In this document: piece by piece, positions 54,651 to 64,000 of the stretch
How positions within the stretch are numbered: position 1 is the stretch's first letter
Layout of the letters: each line of letters opens with the position of its first letter
Source: Carcharhinus longimanus
Taxonomy: Eukaryota
DNA: 64,000 nt
Reading direction: 5' to 3'
Assembly (NCBI GenBank): GCA_030264375.1
Contig: JASCQW010000105.1
Span: forward strand, 37,772,108 to 37,836,107
Translations under genes and position numbers: made by a program
The notes under the pieces: model-generated
Seen by the model: only the letters and a program-made list of their open reading frames with translations
Database searches by the model: none
Told to the model about the DNA's origin: nothing

Positions 54651-54669
54651 TTGCAGACCAAATGACTTT

Positions 54670-56430
54670 AAAAGTGTTTCTCACAAGAGAGTCTAGCATG
54701 AAGGAGAAAATGAAGAAAATCCTTATTGGTCACGAAATGTTATTGGGGAAACTGCCGAGACTAAAACCCAACAAGTCTCCACAGCCTGATGCTTTGCATC
54801 CCAGAGTACTCAAAGAAATGGTCCTAGAAATAGTGGATACATTGGTAATCATTTTCCAGCATTCTATAGAGTCTGGAAGAGTTCCAGTGGATCAGAGGGT
54901 AGGTAACGTATCCGCACTTTTTGAAAAAGGAGGGAAGAAAACAAGGAATTAGACTGTTTAGCCTGACATCAGTGGTGGTAAAATACTGGAATCAATTATC
55001 AAGGATGTAATAACTGAGCATTTGGAAAACAGGGACAGGGTCAGTCCAAGTCAGCATGGATTCACTAAAGGGAAAAGTACTGGACAAATTTTCTGAAATT
55101 TTTTGAGGATGTGACCAATAGAGTGGACAAGGGTGAACCAATGGATGTTGTGTACCTGGACTTTCAAAAGCTTTTTGACAAGGTCCCACACAAGAGATTA
55201 GTGAGTAAAATTAAAGCCCATGGTACTGGGGGTAATGCATTGGTGTGGATAGAAAACTCATTGGCAGGCAAGAAGCAGAGAGTGGGAATAAACGGGTCCT
55301 TTTCAGAGTGGCAGGCAGTGGCTAGTGGGATACCGCAGTGTTCAGTGCAGGGATCCCAGCTATTCACAATATACATTAACGATTTGGATGAAGTAATTGA
55401 ATACAATATCTCCAAATCTGCAGACGACACTAAGCTGATGTGCGATGAGGAGTATACTAAGATGCTGCAGAGTGACTTGGGCAGACTGGCTTAATGGGAA
55501 AATACGAGGCAAATACAACATAATGTGGATAAATGTGAGGTTATCCATTTTGATGGCAAAAACAGGAAAAAAGATTATCTGAATGGTGGTAGTTTAGGAA
55601 AAGGGGAAATGCAATGTTACCTGGGTGTCACAGTGGAACAGTCACTGAAGGCTGACATGCAGTACACAGATGCTGAGGAAAGCTAATGACTTGCTGGCCT
55701 TCACATCAAGAGGATTTGAATATAGGAGTAAGGATGTCTTGCTGCAATTATACAGGGCCTTGGTGAGGTCACACAGAGTATTATTTACAGTTTTGGTCTC
55801 CTAGCTTGGGAAAGGAGATTCTTGCTATTGAGGGAGTCCAGCGCAGGTTCCCTGGACTGAACCCTGAAAGCTTGCGAGTTTACTATCAAATAAATTGGTT
55901 GGATTTAAACCTGGTGTTGTCAGACTTCTTACTGTGTTTACCCCAGTCCAACGCCGGCATCTCCACATCCTGATTCCTGGAATGGCAGAATATAATGTGT
56001 GTATAAGACTGGATTGACTGGGCTTGTACTCACTGGAATTTAGAAGAATGAGAAAGGATCTCATAGAAACATATAAATCCTGATGGGACTGGACAGGCTA
56101 GACGTGGGAAGAATGTTCCCTATATTGGAGAAGTACAGAACTAGGGGTCACAGTCTAAGAATAAGGCGTAAGCCATTCAGGGCTGAGATGAGGAAGAACT
56201 CAGAGTTACAAACCTGTGGAATTTTCTGCCACAGAAAGCTATTAGGTCCAGTTTGTTAGATATGTTCAAGAGGGAGCTGGACATGTCCCTTGTGGCTGAA
56301 AGGATCAAGATGGATGGAAAGAAAGCAGGAGTAGCATACTGGAAGTGCATGATCAGCCATGATCATACTGAATGGTGGTGTAGGCTCGAAGGGCCGAATG
56401 GGCTACTCCTGCACCTATTTTCTATGTTTC
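54670..56430 (+). mobile_element. CR1 LINE ORF2 (RT) fragment with 3'UTR
   Basis: ORFs 'KSPQPDALHPRVLKE', 'DVVYLDFQKLFDKVPHKRL...SKSADDTKL'; tail 'cctgcacctattttctatgtttc'. Confidence 0.92.
55861..55969 (+). mobile_element. Penelope-like fragment, family A, inserted in CR1 with possible 'ctga' TSD
   Basis: 'gaaagcttg...aaataaattggttggatttaaacctggtgttgtcagacttcttactgtgtttaccccagtccaacgccggcatctccacatc'. Confidence 0.75.
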
Positions 56431-57019
56431 AAACCTAAATTCAATATATTGCTTTAATGTAATAATTCTTTGATTTGGATTGACTAGACAACACCAGTTA
56501 TAAAACTGTGTGAAAGATGTTTCTATAAGTCAGCATTTACAATAACCCCATTTGAGTGATGACGCAGTGATAACCATATTTTAAACTGATTATTTCAGGT
56601 AACGATTGTTACAGTGCAACGATTTCTCAAATTGTATTTTTGTTACAATTATTTAAATAGTTTGTTCAAATACATTACATGAAAAGATGCACATTTTAAT
56701 TTTTCACATAATCAATTTCACTTTGGATGACATTTATCTGTCAAAATTATCCACCTAGTCAACTTTAGTGCTTTTAAAAAAGATAAACTTTGAAACCTGG
56801 AAACTAGTGCACAAATAAAAAGAAAAAAATACATCAGGGATTCCCAACTGGTGTGCACACCACTTGCAAGTGAGCTGCGGCTGCAAGACAGACTCTGAAA
56901 GTCAACTGCACATAAATAACAGGGAAAAAAGGTTTACGAGTATCCGATCCTATATTGAGTACACCGATTCAATGGAGAAATGTAGGAGCAATAAGCTCAG
57001 GGAACCCTGGATATACAGC

Positions 57020-58220
57020 AGGATATTGATAGGCTGGAAAACTGGGCAGAGGAATGGCAGATAGAACTTAATCCCGGACAAATGCAAGGTGATGCATTTT
57101 AGTAGATTCAATTTAGGTGGGGGCTATAAAATAAATGGCAGGACTATCAGGAGCGTAGACACAGAGATCTGGGAGTACACGTCCAGTGATCCTTAAAAGT
57201 AGCAACATAGGTAGAAAAGATGGTGAAGAAAGCATATGGTATTCTTACCTTCGTCAGCCAAGGCAACGAGTATAAAAGTTGGCAAATTATGTTACAGTTA
57301 TATGAAATGTTGGCTGGGCCACATTTGGAACGTTGTGCCCAATTCTGGTTGCCAGAAGGATGTGGAGACTTTGGAGGGAGTACTGAAAAGTTTACCTGGT
57401 ATGGAGGATATTAGCTATAAGGAGAGATTGAATAAACTGGAAAGACAGAGGAGCAACTTGATAGAAGTTTATAAAATTAGGAAGGGCACAGATATGGTGA
57501 ACAGTTAGGACTGGATAGGGTGGAGAAGAAAGGCTTTTAGCCAGTCCAAATGGAGCAATCCAGCTGTGACCCTACAGGTATATAGGAAATATAAAAGGAA
57601 CGTAAGAAAGCAATTAGAAGAGCAAAAAGGAGGCAACAAAAAACTTATGAACAAAATTAGGGAGCATCCCAAGATATTCTATAAATACATTAAGAAGTCT
57701 CACAACACCAGATTAAAGTCCAACAGGTTTATCTGGAATCATAAGCTTTCAGAGCACTGCTCCTTCAGATGAAGGAACAGTGCTCCAAAAGCTGGTGTTG
57801 CGAGACTTCTTACAGTGCCCACCCCAGTCCAATGTTGGCATCTCCACATCATAAATACATTATGGGGAAGAAGTTAACCAGGGAAAGAATAGGGCCCATT
57901 AGAGACAAAAGGGACTATGCATGTGTGAAGCCGCAGGACATTGGAAAGATGTTAAATGAATTCTTCCATCAGTTTTCACTCAAAGGAAAAGATAGGTACA
58001 GAATTCAGGATAAGGGACTGTGAGGCCCTTGAGCAGTCTGACATAGGAAGAGGGGTAATATTGGAGGCTTTCACGGGCTTAAAAATGATTATCCTGCACC
58101 CAGAGTTTTGGTCCCCTTACCTTGAAGAATATTATTGCCATTGAGGAAGTGCAATAAAGGGTGTTCTAAATTGTTCCAGGCATGGCAGGATTGTATTATC
58201 GAGAGGTTGGGTAAACTGTA
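57020..58220 (+). mobile_element. cluster of CR1 fragments
   Basis: ORFs 'VKKAYGILTFVSQGNEYKSWQIMLQLY', 'KKLTRERIGPIRDK'. Confidence 0.8.
57693..57850 (+). mobile_element. Penelope-like fold-back element, family A, with 12-bp TSD
   Basis: 'ataaatacatta' at 57681-57692 and 57851-57862; internal inverted arms. Confidence 0.8.
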
Positions 58221-58831
58221 TTCCAGTCTAATAAGGCCATAACCATAGTAAATGTGACATTTATGAGCAATCGATTCAGTTGAGAAAAAAGTGGGTGTAC
58301 CCTGGAAGTTTTTGTTTCACTCAAGTGTACCATGTTACAGAAAATATTGGGAACCACTGATTACATCATTGTACAATTTATACTTAACAAATCCATCATT
58401 ATTTTAATCATTTATTGCACCAATAAAATGGCAATTTATATTAAATCGACATGCAAGGTCTCAAGTAAATTGCAATCTTCTCATTTTACTATTACATACG
58501 AATATGAGCACTATCAAATTAGCAAACTCTTGACTCTCAAACTGATTAACTGGATCATTAGCTGCTTGAGAAATATGAAAGAGTTACTGAAGTTGCATCG
58601 TGATTGCTCTTGGTTTGCAGTGGTCATCGTCACTCTTAATGAGGTTGAATTGCATGGTTATATCAACATTGACATTGTAAATAAAACTAAGAGATTTCAT
58701 TTTGATGCTGCCAAACCTTACCGACACTGATTGTAATTTTACGTATTTCTAAATTGTCATCTTAGTAGTAACAACATTTTCTTATAAAAACTAAACATTG
58801 TTAAAACAGTATTTTAAATAAACAGAATTAC

Positions 58832-59622
58832 CTGCATGCCTTTAGCACTTCTGATGAACTGGGATATATAGAGACAGAGGTTGAAGATGCAAGTTGAGGA
58901 CTAGGTTTGTGAGCAGTTAATGGTGGGTCCATTTTACAGGGACTTTGAGAGTCTTCCCCTACACCTTTCCCATTTACCGTATGTCCCAGTTCTCTTTGAG
59001 GGCTGTTAAGGCTGGTAACACTGTTAGCAGTAGTTTGTTCAGTGGATTTAGGAGATGGAGTTGCAGTAGAAACAGCTGATGATGGTGAAGAAACAACTGA
59101 ATTCTCAGTCTTTGAGTGAACAGCTGGATGGATATTGTTGACTTTATCGCAAGACACAGAACCCCCGTTATTATTACTGGGTTTCCCCATCAACAAGGCA
59201 GAGAGCTGAGGATTGTCTGAACTAAGTACACCTGGTGACTTGGACTCTCCATGACTTGAACTTGAAACAGCATTTGCTATAGCTTGATGGACATGATTAG
59301 GAAGTCCCTCTATGCTGGCAGTGCTGTTTGGTGTCCCTCCAGAATGCCTGGTTGTTTCAGGCACTGTTGCTGCATTTCCTGAAGGCTTGCTCTCTTTGGT
59401 TAAGGTAATGCCTTGTTGTCCACCTGAGGTAGCAGTGTAAGAGGAGAGGTGATTGAGAGCAGCCCCTTGTGTTGTTAGTGAATTGTTAGGCATGGCAGGA
59501 TGTCCAACCTGATTCTGAATACCAGTGCCAGCTGCCTGGAAATGCTGGGAACGCCCAGTGGAAGAGAGAGGTTGTTCACCATTAGGACCTGCCGAATGTG
59601 AACTCTGACCTTTGTTCAGCCC
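58832..59622 (-). CDS. KDM6A: KDM6A large exon ([17 protein letters not shown]...SSEVLKACR), disordered region, exon 17 equivalent
   Basis: 791 bp open frame, AG/GT, colinear with human UTX. Confidence 0.97.
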
Positions 59623-59639
59623 CTGAAAGAGAAACAGCA

Positions 59640-61760
59640 GGCACTCTTAACAATTTCCATTTTTTTAGTTCCTCTAATGTTAAAAGAACCCAGGTGCTTC
59701 ACAGAGAGGAATACAGAAGTCACGATAGAAAACAGAAATTAGAAGTGGATTTAACAGAGTGACCACAACATTGGTTGAAGACAAATCATGAGAGTTTTTT
59801 TCTCAGGAGAATGGAGAGGCTGAGTAGTTTGTGGAGACAATTAGAAAGACTAAGACCTTTCAATCTAAAGTTGCTGTTGACAATGGTAAGGTGTTGAGAA
59901 AAAGAAAAAGGAAGGTATCATACACGAGGCTCAGAGTCAGAAGAGTAGGACGTTTGGGGATGGAGATGGGGTGGTGAATGTGGATTAAAAGACGAGAACA
60001 TGATTTTAAATGCTGTTAAACAGGAAGCCAATGCAGGTATACAACAGTAGAAATAATGAGTAAACAGGACAAAATTCATACGACAGCAGAATTTTGGCCA
60101 CGGTGAATTTTATGAAGAGTGAAGAATAGGAGTCAACAAGAACAACATTAAAAAAGAGAGAATTTTGAAAAGTTGCCGGATAGCTCAAGATATAGTGCAA
60201 AGGGACAGAGCTAGGTGTCACTGGCATATGGGGAAACTATCCCCATGTTGCTAGCTGATGTTCGAAAAGAACAGGATGTCAATAAGGAAGAGGAAAGAGT
60301 CAAGTATCTCTCCTTGGAGAGGTGAGAGATAACAGCGTAAAATGTAGATGCTGTGGCTACGTTTGGATAGACAGGAGTGGGAACAATCAGATCAGTTCCA
60401 TGCAAATGAAGGAAAAGTGATGGAGAGGGATAGAATAAATGTTTCAACTCTTATGGCTGAGGCGGGGGTGACGTAACAATCTGAAGATGCCATTCATGTC
60501 TTCCACCTGAGGTTGCTTTGGGACTGCGAGGGAAAAGACTTGAGTGGTGAGATCTAAACAAAGGGTTACTAAGCAACAAGTATGGAATACGGAAACAACA
60601 AAAAAATTCATCCAGGTGGTTGGTGAGGGAGGGTCAAGAATCTATATTTTTGATATGGAGGTGATTACATCAGTTAGAAAGCAGAGCCAATGTCCAAGCA
60701 GAGAAAACCATTGATAAAGTCAACTAGCTTTGAGGACTAGAAGGGAAATTAGATGACCAGATAAACTCAGGAGCTGGTTAAATTGGAAAACTACATTTTC
60801 ATTGTAAACATAATGAGGATGTTATGTATGGCTGCTCATTTAATAAACTGGTTGAGTTACACAAATCATTTACTGTTATAGCTAATTCTGTATAATAGAA
60901 GTCTAAGAGTTGTTTTTAAAAACAATGCAATGTTAAAATGCAATAAAATAGTAAGCTTTTAAAGTAAAAAAATTAAGATAATTCATTTTATGTTCTGTAA
61001 CAAAAATTTTTGGGTTGTGGGCACAGAGAGCAAAGTGACTCAACAACTTGCTTTAAATATCGTCCTGAATATNNNNNNNNNNNNNAAATAGCCTCTGAGA
61101 GTCCACCCTATCTATTCCTCTCAACATTTTGAGGAGATGTAGGACAGCTGACCAAAATTCCCAGTGAAGCAGTTAAGGCTATCTTGTTGAATGTTTTTAA
61201 GGCAAAGAGATAGATTTTTGAGCAGTAAAGGAATTAAGGGTTATGGTAAGGAGGTAGATAAGTGGAGCTGAGTCCACGAAAAGTTCAGCCATGATCTTGC
61301 TGAATGGCGAAACAGGCTCGAGGGGCCAGAGGGCCTGCTGCTCCTTATGTTAAAAGGTTGGCCAAAGATGTGGAATTTAGTGAGGAAGATAGGTAAGCAG
61401 AATGGTGAAGTTTACAGAAGGATTTCCAGAGCTTAGGCAGCTAAAGTATGGTTTTTGAAAATGGAGAGATTGAAAAAAGGTTTGCACAAGGGGCCAAAAT
61501 TAGAGAAGCAAAGAGATCATGAATGATAGTAGGACTGGCTAAGGATACAAAGAAAGGAAGCTATGGAGGGATTTAAAGATAAGGTTGAGAATTTTAAAAC
61601 TGTGGTGTTGCTGGACTGGGTGCCAATATAGGTCAATAAGCATCAAGGTACAAGTAAAAGGGACTTGGTGAAGTTGGGATATGGGCGCCAAAGATTTGGA
61701 AGTGTTCTAATTTATGATAGCATGTCACAAGTTAACAAAAGGTGTGGATGAAACCAATTT
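59640..61760 (-). mobile_element. decayed L2-type fragments with a + strand CR1 3' end at about 61150-61350
   Basis: L2-like motifs 'ggatttccagagcttaggcagctaaag', 'gagaattttaaaac...tgctggactgggtgccaat'. Confidence 0.55.
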
Positions 61761-62066
61761 AGGCCTAAATTTGATCCTGCATATTTAAATAAGAAATCTG
61801 AAATAACCAAACCTAAATGGCAGATTATAGGAACTGCTGGCCATTTGTACAAAGTACTCCAAGTCAACTTCCAACTATACTGAAATATTTGTTTTTCGAA
61901 GAATTAAGATCAATGTACTTCTATGCACAAACCTTGGGATTTGGCGTAAATACAAAACGAAGCCATCTGCCAATTAAGGAAATACTTGTTCTGTTGCAAA
62001 AACAAATCACGGCTTTTTTTTTGCCTCAACTGCACGTTCCTATTCATATCCTTTAATATCAACAAT

Positions 62067-62129
62067 CTGGTGTTGTGAGACTTCTTACTGTGGTTACCCC
62101 AGTCCAACGCCGGCATCTCCACATCATGA
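62067..62129 (+). mobile_element. Penelope-like family A 3' stub
   Basis: 'ctggtgttgtgagacttcttactgtggttaccccagtccaacgccggcatctccacatcatg'. Confidence 0.75.
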
Positions 62130-62538
62130 CAGGCAGGATATGCCAAAGGTTTCTATATCTTCTAAATTTTCTGAATTCCTGAAAAGGAAGATTGTGCAAG
62201 AATGTGGAGAGGGGGCAGTGGAGTGGCAGTACAGGAACTGCTCCTTGGGAGAGCCAGCAAGAACATTATGGGCCAACTAGTCACTTTCTATGCTGTAATG
62301 ATTTTAAATTTGGCCTACTACATCTGGAGTTTAGAAGAATGAGATGTGATCTCACTGAAGCTTATGCACTAGAGTTATTTCTCCTGGGTGGGAAATTTAG
62401 GAAACGGGGCATAACGTCAGGCTAAGGGAGTCATTATTTAAGACAGATAAATTTCTTCACTCAAAGCGGTTGAGAAGCTTTGGAATTGTCTGTTCCAAAT
62501 AATTGTGGTTGCTCCATTGTTGTGAAAATTCAACCCTC

Positions 62539-62577
62539 GTCACCTGATGAAGGGGAAAAGCCCCAAAAGCTAGTGAC
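62539..62577 (+). ncRNA. minimal type I hammerhead ribozyme motif with one core substitution, in a family A fragment (about 62535-62640)
   Basis: GUCAC-CUGAUGA-A-GGGG-aaaag-CCCC-aAAA-GC-UA-GUGAC; helix I GUCAC/GUGAC, palindromic AGCU in place of helix III. Confidence 0.75.
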
Positions 62578-62639
62578 ATGTGCTACCAAATAAACCTGCT
62601 GGGCTTTAACCTGGCATTGTGAGACTTCTTACTGTGTTT

Positions 62640-63640
62640 ATATCCTGCCTGCACCAGCCATAAAAAGGAGCCACTCACATTCCAGCACTTGGTCTGTAGC
62701 CCAAGATATTATAGAACTTCAGGTGCATATCTAGACACCTTTTAAATGAATCTAAAGTTTCTGCCTCTACTATCCTTCCAGGCCTCTGCCATCCTCTGGG
62801 CGATAACATTTTTCCTCATCTTCCCTCTAATCTTTCCATCATTTGACATCTATGCTTACTCATCATTGACATCTGTGCTAAAAGAAATAGGTCCTTCCAA
62901 TTGCCACTTAATCAGTCTCTCATCATAGGACAACCCTCGCAAGAACCAAGTTAAGTGAACCTTCACTGTACCCCCTTAAAAGGCAAGTAAATCCTTCCTT
63001 CAAAAGGGGAGACCAAACTTCACACACTACTCTACTTCTGGTCTCACCAAAGTCCCCTACGATTGTCGAAGACTTCCTTATTTTTGTACTCCAATCTCCT
63101 TGCAATAAAGGCCAACATGCCATTTGCCTTCATAATTACTTGCAGTACTTGAATGTTAACTTCGTGCTCCTTTCAGAGATTCTCTTTTTTCATTCTTACT
63201 ACCATAGTGAATAACGCCGAACACCCCACACATATTCTATTTGACTTCTTGCTGTTCACTTACTCGTCTATATTCTTTTGAAGCCTCTTTGCAACCACAT
63301 CACAATTTATATTCCCACCTAAATGTTTCATCAGAAAACGTGAATACAATATTCTCAATTTTTTTGTTGGTTAACATAGATTGTAGATAGTTGAGGTCAC
63401 AGAACCCATCCTAGTGGCACTTCACTTGTTACAGTCTGCCAACTCAAAAATGCTCCATTACTAATCTCTTCTTTCTTTCCATTAGCCATCCTTGCTAATA
63501 TACTCACAACTCCACTGTGCATATTAACTGTTTGTGTGACATCTTATTGAACACCTTTTGACAATTCAAGTAAATCATATCTACTCATTCTCATTTGTTG
63601 ACCTTACTAGTTACAGCCTCAAAAAAAGGAATATTTACAA
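62640..63640 (-). mobile_element. CR1 LINE fragments
   Basis: 'ggagaccaaacttcacacactactc', 'gcaataaaggccaacatgccatttgccttc'. Confidence 0.8.
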
Positions 63641-63738
63641 TGCCGGGCCACTACTAAACTGAGTGACACAATCTTTTGAATGGAACTGATTACACCAAAT
63701 TAGTTCTTAAACAAAAGGCTGTTTAAGCAATCATTTAC

Positions 63739-64000
63739 CTGAGTGGAGTTAACAAGTTGGTTTTTCCACAGCTCCTCTGCGCTGCTGGTCAGGTTTGTGC
63801 GGTTATGAGGTAGAGTTAGTGCGTTTTGCTGCAGGTAAGGCACATTTCCATTGCTTCCACTTCCTGTCACATGATTATTGCCTATAGAAATAGTGTCTGT
63901 ATTACCCAGCATTCCCATAGTGCTGCATGTTACTGGGCCTCTAGATGTTTCAGCAGGAAAAGGTCCGTTAGCCATTAACTGTCCAGGAGGGACAGGACGG
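63739..64000 (-). CDS. KDM6A: KDM6A exon, 5' end outside window (...MANGPFP...[22 protein letters not shown]), exon 16 equivalent
   Basis: Matches UTX '[36 protein letters not shown]'; GT donor at 63738-63737. Confidence 0.96.

Overview
Eukaryotic, vertebrate genomic DNA from a draft assembly with several N gaps; the repeat content (HE1-like V-SINEs, Deu-domain SINEs, dense CR1 LINEs) points to a shark. The minus strand carries the 3' half of KDM6A (UTX, H3K27 demethylase): 14 coding exons from >64000 down to the stop at 16005, matching human exons 16-29 as I recall them. All show GT-AG boundaries and continuous phase. The JmjC Fe ligands and Zn-binding cysteines are intact, and the 3'UTR runs to about 14.4-14.5 kb. 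Introns and the downstream flank are mostly decayed CR1, L2 and Rex LINEs and tRNA-derived SINEs. Three things stand out. (1) A ~310-bp poly(A)-tailed retroposon has a U2 snRNA-derived head, a second internal U2 segment, and a second copy 2.7 kb away (candidate SINEU-like or U2-targeting element). (2) Two families of short Penelope-like fragments carry minimal type I hammerhead ribozyme motifs, including fold-back insertions, one with a target-site duplication. (3) A ~3-kb CpG-undepleted island lies downstream of the gene, and there are two templated or fold-back insertion scars. Repeat boundaries are approximate and family names come from recalled motifs, not database searches.
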